From Actinomycetes bacterium (lineage in GTDB: Bacteria; Actinomycetota; Acidimicrobiia; Acidimicrobiales; Acidimicrobiaceae), in the NCBI GenBank assembly GCA_021822605.1, contig JAKAQL010000009.1, positions 39 through 64,038 on the forward strand: DNA of 64,000 nt. Reading direction: 5' to 3'. The stretch's first letter is position 1. Each line of letters begins with the position of its first letter. Positions 19,170 to 29,617 of this stretch are shown piece by piece. The notes beneath the pieces are model-generated. The model searched no databases. It saw only the letters and a list, made by a program, of their open reading frames with translations, and had not been told where the DNA came from. The position numbers were made by a program, and so were the translations under genes.

Positions 19170-20234
19170 TCACTCAGGAGGATTGTGAGTCTGATGTTCC
19201 GTTTGCTCCTGGACGGACGGAGATGCTTCTACCTTAGTACTCCGAAGAAATTGCCGATAAAACACATAGCCTGGGGGTAAACCGATGAGGAGATTCATAA
19301 TACGATAGACTGTTGTCACGGCGACTGCCAGCGAAAAAGGTATCCCGAGTGCTATCAAGGTTCCCGCCATGCCCAGTTCGAAAACACCGGTGCTGATAAT
19401 AACGCCGCCAAAAATGCTTACGATGTTGGCAAAGAGATATGCCATTACGGCAGTGCCAGGGTTTACTGTTTTACCAAACGCCAGGAAGGCCATGTAGAAG
19501 GTCAATATTTCAATGATGATATAAAGGATCGACCACCCGAATGGTTGTAGCATCCGTCGTTTGTTGTTTGTCATTGCGTGGTAACCAATGTAGAATTGAT
19601 CGACGAACTTTGTTACCTTGTCTTCATTCAGGGATTTGAAGAATCGCTTCAAGAACCGAAGGATGACATGTAGGACCCGTCGCAGCCAGCTCTCATGTTG
19701 TACCAGGACTACCAATCCCACTGCCAGAGCGGTGATCCCGATAGCAGAGATCACGGTAACATCCAATAGCGAGCGCCCACCCTTGTTGCTCTCTGCGTAA
19801 ATCAGTAAGAAGCCAACGGGCATCATCAACAGTACCGCCAAGGCGCTAAAAGCATATCGCATGAGCTGCACTAGAACACTCACCCCCCTGGGTACTTCGG
19901 GTGCGAGTACCTGAGAGAGATATCCTGCGCCAGCGAGACCTGCGGAGGGTAGAAGGTAGTTGACAAAGTTGGTGGCCAGGGCACCTTCAAATAGGCGAGT
20001 AGTTCTTAGATCATACTCAAAAATCCTCAGTATGGAACGGTAATAGAGACCGTTGAGCCAATAGCTGCAGAGTTGGATGATGACGACAGAAATTAGTACA
20101 TACCAGCGTAACTTTGTCAAAAGGGGTACAAAGTTGCTGAGCGAGCTGCGATTTTCCCACAGCACAAGGGCAAGACCAATGAGGCCTAAGATCCCAAAGA
20201 TTCGACGTACAAGTTTTGATGACTTCTGCTTCAT
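19170..20234 (-). CDS. UPF0104 / lysylphosphatidylglycerol-synthase-TM-like ('flippase-like') membrane protein
   Basis: 354 aa with about 8 hydrophobic segments. The N-terminus 'KLVRRIFGILGLIGLALVLW...LRWYVLISVVIIQLCSYWLNGLYYRSIL...LPSAGLAGAGYL' is typical of the family. GC is visibly lower than in its surroundings. Confidence 0.7.
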   Translation of the reverse strand: MKQKSSKLVRRIFGILGLIGLALVLWENRSSLSNFVPLLTKLRWYVLISVVIIQLCSYWLNGLYYRSILRIFEYDLRTTRLFEGALATNFVNYLLPSAGLAGAGYLSQVLAPEVPRGVSVLVQLMRYAFSALAVLLMMPVGFLLIYAESNKGGRSLLDVTVISAIGITALAVGLVVLVQHESWLRRVLHVILRFLKRFFKSLNEDKVTKFVDQFYIGYHAMTNNKRRMLQPFGWSILYIIIEILTFYMAFLAFGKTVNPGTAVMAYLFANIVSIFGGVIISTGVFELGMAGTLIALGIPFSLAVAVTTVYRIMNLLIGLPPGYVFYRQFLRSTKVEASPSVQEQTEHQTHNPPE

Positions 20235-22074
20235 GACGTAGTTGGCAATGCTCGGACCTCAATCGAGATGTAAGGCAATCTGATGCAGCCGCCACCGGTC
20301 TGTAATCGACTGGGGAAAGAGGGCTGACATGGATTAAGGGTCCGGGGATGATCGCACGATGCTGACTCGCTGGTCGCAGTCGTTGCGTTCGCTCGCTCAT
20401 GTGAGGGCAGCACGGTATCGTTACGAGTCAGTAGGCGTTGCCCCTTTGAGCACCGTAACTTCGTGGCAGGATCTCTGCCGAGACTGGGTCTGCAAGAGAG
20501 CAGTCGCTTCGCTTCAGCACTACTACTCAGTGGGAGCCGCCCGCTAGAGCTATAGCCGGTTGGAACTCGACTCCCGTAAGGAGTGAGGTTTGTTGGCATC
20601 AGTTGAAGTCGGCCGTCAGTGGATCCTCGGTTCAGGCGTGCGAATGCTGTTCTTCGACAACGTGGGAGGAGTAGGCGAGCAGTTGGCTCAATTGAGGTAG
20701 GGCATTTTTGATATCGCTCACCGCGTAGTGGTTTCGACCCAACCAAGGAAACCTGTGGATCCATCGATCGCGCCGCAAGCTTGAGGATCGTGGCGGGAAG
20801 CTGCAGAGGGGGCGGTGTCAGAGTAACCGGTCGAGATCGGGACAGCTTCATCGTTGGTCAGATCCTGAGATTGTCATTAGGCGATCATTGTAGGTCGCAG
20901 CCGCTCTGGACACGACGGATTGGAGGAGGCTGACCTCGCTGGCCAGCTTGACTTTGGTAGATGGCGCAGGTTTTGGCTTTTGATGGTGTGGGACCAGTTC
21001 TTCTGTACGGTTGATCCTGGCAGGAGAGAGGACTTGGCAGGAGTTCATACCAGCTAAAGGTAACAGTGATTGATCGCCAAGCCGTTCGTGCGAGAGAGGT
21101 TCCAAAGGCAGTCGTGTGTCGCCGAAAGGCATCGGGGAAGCCGTCTCCTTGGACGGAACGGATGGCAGCTCTCGGTGCCTATCGCGTTCTCCATGTTCCA
21201 TCCTTCGATGAAGCGTCGCTGACATTGGACGAATGTGGTACTCGACGAGTCGCGGAGGAGCGGATCCCTCCTGGCGGTGATGGGTTGGTTCGGATTGGCG
21301 CCAAACCCTTGGGATTAGCGGAGTTGTCCTTCGTTGGTAACTAACCCCACGGCTGCGCGTTTCGGTCGAGGTTGGTCTGGCGCAGCCGGTGGTGGTGAGA
21401 ACCCTACTCTGAGCGCCTGTAGGGAGAGTGATCTTGCCTGCGGGCGAGGACCAGTCAGTGTTGACCACCATCTTGTGCAGTTTCGGTCTCCCGGCTGACT
21501 CACTTCGCCAGGTCCGCCTTGGAGGCTGATGAGCGCCGCCCCAGAGCGGTCGTTCAGAGCGAGGGAAGACCAGTCGTTCCAGGATATCCACACCTCTAGT
21601 AATAGTCCGTCGATCTGTACGGGGCCTGTGCATGGTGATGTTTCTCGACTCTGAACCGGCCGCGCCAGGTCATTTTGTCCTATCTACACTTGGCATATCC
21701 ACGAGTGGTGAGTCGATGCGCGACCGCTGTTCAGGCACACAGGTTGGGTAGGGTTGGGCGGCAGCGCCGGTCCCCTGTCAGCCAACTGCCCCTGGAACTA
21801 TTGCTCGATATGTAGAGGAACTCAGATAAGGGCGACGTCATCCGCACTGGCGCGATACGGCGTTTGTTGGCGTCGCCGCTCCTCGAAGGCTTCGAATGGC
21901 GAGGGATCACGCCAGTATCCCAGCAGGAGCTTGGTAGGTCGAGGATCGTACGAGGCTCAATGGGATGAGCGGTTTCTGCTGTCCCTCTGGAGGCATTGGG
22001 AGTTCGTGCAAAGAGATGGAGGGCCATTATCGGACTGGTGTTTCGTAGTGGCAAATGGTGCTTCGAAGACTTGA

Positions 22075-22875
22075 TTAGCCGTGATAGAAGGTCGACGTAC
22101 ACCCGCCGTCAACAGTGACGATCGACCCAGTCATGAACGATGCGTCATCCGAGGCCAAGAAGGCGACAACCCTGGCTACCTCGGTGGTGGTCGCCTGACG
22201 CCCCAAGGGTTGTAACGCCGCACTCGTCTCACGTCTCCGGAACATCTCTTCGGCTTGGTCCTTCGGTAGATTTGCCCGCCGACCGCCGAGATCGGTGTCG
22301 ATGTAGCCTGGCAGGACAGCATTGATCCGGACACCAAGCGGTCCGTAGTCGACGGCCAGCTGCCTTGTCAGGTTGACGATGGCGCCCTTCGTCGCGCAGT
22401 AGTCGGGTGCAAGTGGCGCGCCGATGATACCGTAGGTAGAGGCAATGTTGATAATCGTCGAGTGTGTCTGCTCTAACAGGTGAGGCATCGCGTACTTGGT
22501 AGCAAGGAAGGTACCGCGCAGATTCACACTGATGGTCCTGTCCCAGTCCTCAACGTTTATCTCGTGGAGCAAGCCGTGCGCGCCACCGATACCCGCGTTG
22601 TTGACGAGGATATCCAATCGTCCAAACTCGTTGATAACCGAGTTGACCAAATCCGCGGTTTGCTCTACATCGGAGATGTCGTAGTGGTAAGGGACTGCCC
22701 GTTGTCCCTCCGAGGAGATTGCGGCGGCAACCCGTTCAGCACCGTCATGAATGTCGCAGATCGCCACCCTAACTCCGAGGTCTGCCAGTGAGTGGGCGAT
22801 GGCTTCGCCGATGCCCCTGCCGCCTCCAGTCACCAGCGCAACTCGCCCACTCATGGTCTGCTGTTTCTCCATCAC
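22075..22875 (-). CDS. SDR-family oxidoreductase
   Basis: 'VALVTGGGRGIGEAIA' (TGxxxGxG), 'NNAGI' and 'YCATKGA' (YxxxK). Confidence 0.9.
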   Translation of the reverse strand: MMEKQQTMSGRVALVTGGGRGIGEAIAHSLADLGVRVAICDIHDGAERVAAAISSEGQRAVPYHYDISDVEQTADLVNSVINEFGRLDILVNNAGIGGAHGLLHEINVEDWDRTISVNLRGTFLATKYAMPHLLEQTHSTIINIASTYGIIGAPLAPDYCATKGAIVNLTRQLAVDYGPLGVRINAVLPGYIDTDLGGRRANLPKDQAEEMFRRRETSAALQPLGRQATTTEVARVVAFLASDDASFMTGSIVTVDGGCTSTFYHG

Positions 22876-24119
22876 CGCTTCTCCTCTTAATTCAGTCCGT
22901 TGGGTCTCATCATGAAGGTAGTTGGTCTGCTTCCGTGATGCGACGTCGGCGAGTTCAATCGGGTGCTAGGCAGAGGATGTCACTGTTGGCTATGGCGTGG
23001 CAGCGCTGGCATGGGGTACAGATTCGCCTTATGGACGACCTCCATGTGGTGGGATGTATCAGGCACTGGAAGCGCGCAGCCGTCACCCTCAAACCGTTGC
23101 CCTGGCAGGGTGGGGCGTGCCCGAACGTGGGAGGCAGGGGGTGCAGTGTTGCGATTCGGTCTCCTTCAGACGAGAGAAAGGAGTGTCGCGCCACTCGGCC
23201 GGTCGATCATTACGATTCTCCTACCACACTTCGGTCACTTCACGTTGGCCTGGGACGTGGTCCTCGGCACCTGGCATCGGGGCCGGGGCTAACCAGCGAT
23301 CAAAGAACAGCTCACCACGCGGGCGACGTCCCAACCGACGTTGACGGAAGCATGGATACCGTCTCAGCCTCGGCGACATGCAGTGAAGGCTTATGCTCCG
23401 CCAGTCAATAGTTCCGATGACACTTGGCGGCTGTCTCACGCGAGCGATGGTTGATACTGCAGCTGCCGTGGTGGTACGTCGTTGTCGAGACCCGGCGTTT
23501 TTTTGTGTTGAGCGAGCGAGTGGTGGAATAGATGGCGTTGTCGATAGGGTGCAGCGCTCGACGAGCGCTCTTGATGGATCGAGGAGTCAGCGCATTCTTC
23601 GTGGTGCGCACAGGATGTGCGGCGCGTCGCACACCTCTTGGGATCAGAGCCCGCGAGAAAAATCCCATTCCATCTCTCCCTTCGCAATGAGACAACACTA
23701 CATCAACGCCGGACTCTTTTGGCCGCAGAGACGTCCGGCTGCATAGGACCAGAACGGTCACACAGCCCGGCAGTGCAGGGCGAGAGGACTTGCTCTGTGT
23801 GCTACAGTAACGAATCTCCTCGATAGCGCTGGAGCATAAGCGGGTTCCACTTCTGCGACCCTGACATCCTCTGGAAACAGGAAGATGAAGTCCTTGTCGG
23901 CATGCGCGGGTAATAACGTATGTTTGGTCGCCAGCACCAGCCTTCATCCCCTTTCATGCATAGCAACCTCAGGTCGATGGGTCATTGAGGATGGCAACCC
24001 GTTCTCGCACACTGGTCGATGAGCATGCGATCGCCTAGAGTTGATGCTGCGAACCTTCGTGCGAGTCACGACTATGAATTTTGTTGTGTGACGATATTGA
24101 AGACAGTTATACTAGCTTC

Positions 24120-24695
24120 ATGGTTGTTTCAACGAGTTCAGCGCCTGGCAGTGATGGGATTGCAGAGGACGATCACAGCCCCGAGGAGCTCTTGTTTCGT
24201 GAGGCCCGGCGTCGCCAGCGGCGTAGGCGTTTGATCTGGGCGGGCTTCTTTGTCTTGTTGCTAGCGATGATCGGCTACGGAGCCTATGGCGAACGTCAAG
24301 CCCTCAATGGCCAGCAGAAGGCGAAGGATTCGAAAGCGACCCCAGTCGTGGATCGTTCGATAGGCGTGTTGACCTGCAAGGACACCACGGTGGTGGAGCC
24401 GAAGAGTTTCGTCATCTCCTGTGCCGATGGCAACACCATGCTCACCAAAACCCGTTGGATCCGCTGGGGTCGAGATGGGGCAGCCGGAACGACAGACTTT
24501 GCGATCAATCTGTGCAACCCAAGTTGCTTTGCCTCTCGGATGTCGTTCTTCCCGGGCAGCATGGTTCTGCTCTCACGGCCGATGACGACGCAACACGGGA
24601 TTCTGTTTTCGGAGATGGTGGTTCGCTATCGCGTCGATGGAAAGCTAGCAACCTTCCCTATGAGCTGGAAGGGTGAGCCAGCATTCGAAAAGTGA
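24120..24695 (+). CDS. membrane-anchored hypothetical protein
   Basis: An Arg-rich stretch is followed by a single TM 'LIWAGFFVLLLAMIGYGAYG' and a Cys-containing extracytoplasmic domain. The start is uncertain (TTG 24081 or ATG 24120). Confidence 0.5.
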   Translation: MVVSTSSAPGSDGIAEDDHSPEELLFREARRRQRRRRLIWAGFFVLLLAMIGYGAYGERQALNGQQKAKDSKATPVVDRSIGVLTCKDTTVVEPKSFVISCADGNTMLTKTRWIRWGRDGAAGTTDFAINLCNPSCFASRMSFFPGSMVLLSRPMTTQHGILFSEMVVRYRVDGKLATFPMSWKGEPAFEK

Positions 24696-24791
24696 GAGCG
24701 GCTGGTCGGGCGCTTTGGGTCCTCGCCCGACCTTGGTGCAGTAGAGCAACAACCGCGTTGTCATCTCTGGGGTACCCGTCTGTCTATCCGA

Positions 24792-25190
24792 TCAGGAAAG
24801 TGAACTTAGTATCGCAATGAGTTCGTCGCGCTCGTAGCCCTGTTTGCGGGCAAACTCCAACAGTTCCGTTGCACGGGTAAGCACCAGTGAGCGTTCTTGC
24901 GTGCCTGCCACCCTGATAGAACGCCCACGACCCATCTCGACGAGCCCCTCATCGCGCAGCATTCTGAGGGCCCTGAGCACAGTATTCGAGTTGACGCCGA
25001 GTTCGGCTGCCAAGTCTCGTGCTTGTGGGATGCGCTGACCTGGTTTAGCCTCTCCCTCCGCGATGGCACGCCGAATCTCGGCGGCAACTTGCTCGTGCAG
25101 TGGAGCCGGCTTTGCTCGTGAGACTGGAGGTAGGCTGAGGGTCGCTTCGGGGGTTGTATCCGTTCTGTCGAACTCAGGGTTAGAACTCAT
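24792..25190 (-). CDS. GntR-family (short, YtrA-like) transcriptional regulator
   Basis: Winged-HTH 'LHEQVAAEIRRAIAEGEAKPGQRIPQARDLAAELGVNSNTVLRALRMLRDEGLVEMGRGRSIRV'. Confidence 0.85.
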   Translation of the reverse strand: MSSNPEFDRTDTTPEATLSLPPVSRAKPAPLHEQVAAEIRRAIAEGEAKPGQRIPQARDLAAELGVNSNTVLRALRMLRDEGLVEMGRGRSIRVAGTQERSLVLTRATELLEFARKQGYERDELIAILSSLS

Positions 25191-25422
25191 AACGCTAATA
25201 ATGCTAGCTTCATGTTGCGAATATGACGACAGGTCGCTCGAAGAGCTGAGCAGAACGCAGACTCAAGTCCGGCGATGGGCTAAACGAGTAGAGGTCGATC
25301 GTTAGCTTGCCAAATGGCGGGCCAACCGCCGAGTGACAGAGGCTTTGCTTTGGAGTCCGCAGTGCGATCGAGGTCTTGATTGGTAGCATGGAGCTAGGGT
25401 CAACTGGCCGGTCGAAGTCGAT

Positions 25423-28400
25423 GTGGAGGTGTTTCAGCTGTTATCGCATGCGGCAACCAGTCTCGCCAAGGCCATGGCGCTCGAGTGGGGATTGACGACC
25501 AAGAAGCTGAGCTATGAGGTTCTCGATTCGATGATCCGCGCTGGCGTCGTGGATGGCCCGATTACCAAGACCAAATCGGATGCGGCATGGGCAGAACTCG
25601 ACGCTGCTGGACATCTGCTATCAGATCGAGTGGCAGGCTACGCAAAAATTGCTGGCAAGCTCGGTAATGAGCTGTACTTTGAGCTGATAACGACAGTCCA
25701 TCACTCGGAGCTTGCTGGTGTACTGCGAAGCGCGGGTTACCGTGCCTATGCGATGGATCGGTATCTCGACGTCGGTAGACTCCGTTTGAATGCCATGCGA
25801 CGGCAAGGGGTGTCCAATGAGCATGCCCGATACGCGATGCACGCTCTGGAGGCCGACGAGTTGCGAGAGGCGTTCTTCGATCGTTTCGACCCCCGTCTTT
25901 TTCAGCATTTGTCGCCAGAGTGGGTTGACCTGGTCGCCGGTCAGGCCTTAGCGAGTCACCTCTGGGACTTTGACGCATCCGTGACCGCGATGGTGGAGGA
26001 TTTGCTGAACCAAGAGGCCGTCAGCCCCGAGCTCCACTTTGGGCTAGCCCAGATACTCTTTCTCCGAGGGGAGGATGATCGGGCGCGAGACTACCTTGGC
26101 AACGAGCACGGACTGTATGCCCCCTTCCTTGAGGCGCTCATGCTGATCCAGACTGGAGAGTTCGAGCTGGGGGCTAAGGCCTACGCCGGCGCTATGTCCA
26201 ACTATACCAAGGCGACTCGAACTCGATTCGCACCGCTATATCCTGTCACCGAATTCTGGTATCCAATGGCGTTGTTGGCCTCTGGTACCGCCTCCGATCT
26301 AGAGCGGGCCCTCAAGTACTGCATTGCCGCCACCCATTCAAAAAATCCCCCACGCTTCTCGCTCTTTGGCAAGTGGGTACATGCCATCCGCGTGAGGCTC
26401 GGCCGAGAGGGTCTCGATCATGATGTCTTTGTCCAACCGTACGCCCGAGGCTTAGACGCACTTTTCGATCTCCTACTGGTGAACTGGCTTGCACCAGAAC
26501 TTGAGACAGTGAAACCTAAGATCGCTGCACATCTTCAGGCTGCCTACGATCGCGCGCAGGTGGTCTTTGCCCCCTGTGGTTTTACTCGATTGGTTGAACT
26601 GAGCGCAACCGCTCTCCTGCATGCAAAGGGGGAGGATGATGTAGCTCCGTTTTTCGTCGGTTCACCACAGCCCCATTGGCAGCTTGTGCTCGATTCTCTC
26701 CGCGCTCTTGGTGATGAGACTCCCGGACGCGTGAGTCGTTATGTATGGATGATCAACCAAACGGGTAATGGTCGTCTTCATTCCGTCGAACCGTGCCTGC
26801 AAACCAAGGGAGTCCGTGGATGGGGCAAACCGAAGCCGGTGAGCTTGGCGCGCTTGGTATCTGATAGTGAACTTCCTGGCGAAGACGCTCGTGTCTTGCG
26901 CTCGATCCGCAAAGTTTCAGGACCTGGCGGCGGCCGTTATGACTTGGACCTGGGTGCAGCCATGATGAGTCTGATCGGACATCCGAGGGTCGTCTTGAAC
27001 ACGGATCCGGATCGCTTCATCGAGGTAGTAGAGGGTCGCCCCGAAATAGTGGTGGCGCGCACCGATGACGGACTCGAGGTGAGGGTGGAGCCGCCGTCAC
27101 TTGCCGACCTCGTCGATCAGGCGAACGCGACGAGCTGGGGTCGTGCGCCGGACGCTGAGGTGTTGCGGGTGATGGTGGAACCACCCTCTCGCCTCGTGGT
27201 GATTCGCCTCACGAAGGCTCAGCGCCAGGCGATCCAGCTCATGGGGAAACGCTTCCAACTCCCTCGCGAGGCTGCTCGAGATATTGACTCGACCCTGGCG
27301 GTCTTGAGCGCTCATTTTGAGATCCAGTCTGACGAAGTCGTCACCGGGCGATTGGTCGACGCGGCGGCAAAACTGCGTTGTGAACTCAAGCCACAGGGAG
27401 AGGGGATAACCATGCGGATCGTCGCTGCACCCCTTGGAACACAGGGGCCGAGACTCGTCCCTGGTGTTGGACGAGCCAAGGTGGTGGCAAGGATTGATTC
27501 GGAGACGGTAGCGACCACTCGTGATCTCGATTGGGAAGCGGAGCTCGCCATCAGAGTTGTTGAGGCACTGGGAGTCGCTCATGGTGACATTGCGAACGAG
27601 ATCGAGTTCCCGACCGCGGACGAGGCGCTTGACGCGCTTGAGACGTTAAACGCCTTTCTTGACGAAGTCGATCTGGACTGGCCAAAAGGCAAGGCGATCC
27701 AGGTGTTGTCGCCTGGTTTAAGTGCACTGCGGGTGTCGGTATCGAGCGAGAAGGACTGGCTGGCGGTGCGGGGTGGAATAGCACTCGATGACGAGAAGGT
27801 GTTTGCGCTGAAGGAGTTGCTCACCGCTGCCACGAGTGGCGCCAAGTTCGTGACGCTCAAGGAGGGGCAATATCTTGCTTTGACCGGCTCGCTGAAGGAG
27901 AGGATCCTCGAACTTGCGGCAATCACCGACAGCTCAGGCAAGGAGATCAAAGCCTCCAAGTTGGCAGTGGGTGCCCTTGAGGGGCTTACTGACGGTGCGA
28001 CAGCTACTTTTGATACGAGCGTGGCGCAGTTGATCGAGCGATTGCACCAAGCCCAGAACTTGGTCCCTCTCGTCCCGTCGACCCTCGAAGCGGAACTACG
28101 ACCTTATCAGCGTGAAGGTTTTGCTTGGGCAATTCGTTTAGCTGAGGCCGGATTCGGTGCGTGTCTCGCGGATGATATGGGATTGGGCAAGACCCTTCAG
28201 GCGCTGGCGGTGACGCTTGCAAGGGTGCGTAGCGACGGCGATCCGACACTCGTTGTCTGTCCGACCTCGGTGGTGGATAACTGGATGAACGAGACGTTGC
28301 GTTTTGCCCCGACGCTCAACCCGATCAACTTCAGCAGGGCAGATCGGTCGGAGGTGGTGGCCAAGGCCACGGGTCACGACCTTCTCGTGGTCTCCTACAG

Positions 28401-29478
28401 CGTGTTAATCCAAGACGAGGACCTGCTCTCCTCACGACGTTGGCGGACATTGATCGCCGACGAGGCACAGGCGATTAAAAACATTGCCGCGAAACGCACA
28501 CAAGCGCTGGGCGCTCTCGATGCCGATTTCAAGATGGCGCTCTCTGGTACGCCGATCGAAAATCACTTGACCGAGCTCTATTCGATCTTGCAGTTCCTCA
28601 ATCCCGGCCTGCTGGGAACGCCCACACAGTTCGGGAGACGATTTGTGACACCGGTGGAGCGGGACAAGGATCAAAATGCACGGCGGCGTCTCAGAAAAAT
28701 CGTTGGCCCCTTCGTGCTGCGGCGGTTGAAGACCGATGTCCTCACCGATTTGCCACCAAGAACGGAACTGACACTGACGGTGGAACCTCGTCAAGATGAA
28801 GCACACTTCTATGAAGCGATGCGTCTACGCGCGATCGAAGCCGCTGAACTCGCTCTTGAACGCAATGAGGCTCAGGCTAGTTTTCACATTCTCGCAGAGC
28901 TCACCCGGCTCCGCCGAGCCGCCTGCGACATACGTTTGGTGGAACCAAAGTTCGATGCCGCTGGTTCCAAGGTCGAGGCTCTCCTAGAGCTCGCCAACGA
29001 AATCCAGGACAACGGGCATCAAGCGCTGGTCTTCTCGCAGTTTGTCGATTTTCTTTCGCTTGTACGTGAGGCCTTTGACTCGGTGGGACTGCGTTACCAA
29101 TATCTCGATGGGTCCACGCCCGCAAGCCAGCGGGCGCACCAGGTGGAGAGCTTCCAGTCGGGAGAGTCGAATTTTTTTCTGATCAGCATTAAGGCGGGTG
29201 GAGTCGGTCTGAATCTCACCGCGGCTGACTATGTGATCATCGCAGACCCATGGTGGAATCCAGCGGTCGAAGAACAGGCAATGGGGAGAGCGCATCGCAT
29301 TGGTCAGAGCCGACCCGTTACTTCGTATCGACTCATTGCACAAGGGACCATTGAGGAGACGATTACGGAGCTGCATGCATCCAAACTTGCGTTGGCCGAG
29401 GGAGTGCTTGGAGAGGATGGATCGATGGGCTCCCTACCTTCGGCACGTGATCTCATCGAGCTGATGTACGAGCGCTAG
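25423..29478 (+). CDS. SNF2-family helicase with ~850-aa N-terminal extension
   Basis: 'LRPYQREGFAWA...DDMGLGKTLQALA' (motifs I/Ia), 'DEAQAIKN' (DExx), and a helicase-C region 'GGVGLNLTAADYVIIADPWWNPAVEEQAMGRAHRIGQ'. The start is uncertain (GTG 25423 or ATG 25474). Confidence 0.9.
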   Translation: MEVFQLLSHAATSLAKAMALEWGLTTKKLSYEVLDSMIRAGVVDGPITKTKSDAAWAELDAAGHLLSDRVAGYAKIAGKLGNELYFELITTVHHSELAGVLRSAGYRAYAMDRYLDVGRLRLNAMRRQGVSNEHARYAMHALEADELREAFFDRFDPRLFQHLSPEWVDLVAGQALASHLWDFDASVTAMVEDLLNQEAVSPELHFGLAQILFLRGEDDRARDYLGNEHGLYAPFLEALMLIQTGEFELGAKAYAGAMSNYTKATRTRFAPLYPVTEFWYPMALLASGTASDLERALKYCIAATHSKNPPRFSLFGKWVHAIRVRLGREGLDHDVFVQPYARGLDALFDLLLVNWLAPELETVKPKIAAHLQAAYDRAQVVFAPCGFTRLVELSATALLHAKGEDDVAPFFVGSPQPHWQLVLDSLRALGDETPGRVSRYVWMINQTGNGRLHSVEPCLQTKGVRGWGKPKPVSLARLVSDSELPGEDARVLRSIRKVSGPGGGRYDLDLGAAMMSLIGHPRVVLNTDPDRFIEVVEGRPEIVVARTDDGLEVRVEPPSLADLVDQANATSWGRAPDAEVLRVMVEPPSRLVVIRLTKAQRQAIQLMGKRFQLPREAARDIDSTLAVLSAHFEIQSDEVVTGRLVDAAAKLRCELKPQGEGITMRIVAAPLGTQGPRLVPGVGRAKVVARIDSETVATTRDLDWEAELAIRVVEALGVAHGDIANEIEFPTADEALDALETLNAFLDEVDLDWPKGKAIQVLSPGLSALRVSVSSEKDWLAVRGGIALDDEKVFALKELLTAATSGAKFVTLKEGQYLALTGSLKERILELAAITDSSGKEIKASKLAVGALEGLTDGATATFDTSVAQLIERLHQAQNLVPLVPSTLEAELRPYQREGFAWAIRLAEAGFGACLADDMGLGKTLQALAVTLARVRSDGDPTLVVCPTSVVDNWMNETLRFAPTLNPINFSRADRSEVVAKATGHDLLVVSYSVLIQDEDLLSSRRWRTLIADEAQAIKNIAAKRTQALGALDADFKMALSGTPIENHLTELYSILQFLNPGLLGTPTQFGRRFVTPVERDKDQNARRRLRKIVGPFVLRRLKTDVLTDLPPRTELTLTVEPRQDEAHFYEAMRLRAIEAAELALERNEAQASFHILAELTRLRRAACDIRLVEPKFDAAGSKVEALLELANEIQDNGHQALVFSQFVDFLSLVREAFDSVGLRYQYLDGSTPASQRAHQVESFQSGESNFFLISIKAGGVGLNLTAADYVIIADPWWNPAVEEQAMGRAHRIGQSRPVTSYRLIAQGTIEETITELHASKLALAEGVLGEDGSMGSLPSARDLIELMYER

Positions 29479-29617
29479 CCCCAGGTTGTACGGGTTGAAC
29501 ACGGCGCAGAACAGCCTCAATCGGTTCTCTGAGTCAGCGCGTCAGCGCCCTGGTCTGCGCGCAAATGCCTTGTCGTGATGACGTGGGCGCTCCACAGCAG
29601 TGTCGGGCCCCTGTGCG

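Noticed and set aside
20231-21633. Long minus-strand ORFs of 206 and 261 aa.
   Set aside because: Their composition is dominated by R, P, S and T. They have no RBS and no recognisable motif, and overlapping ORFs sit on the opposite strand. I treat them as non-coding or pseudogenic DNA, not as genes.
23405-23947. A 180-aa minus-strand ORF with scattered Cys/His residues and a C-terminal '...CSINHRSRETAAKCH'. I considered it as an HNH endonuclease or a TnpB-like zinc-ribbon remnant.
   Set aside because: Only 4-5 residues line up with the remembered C..CG...DRD.NAA.NI or HNH patterns. There is no RBS, and the composition is unlike a protein. This cannot be supported without a profile search.
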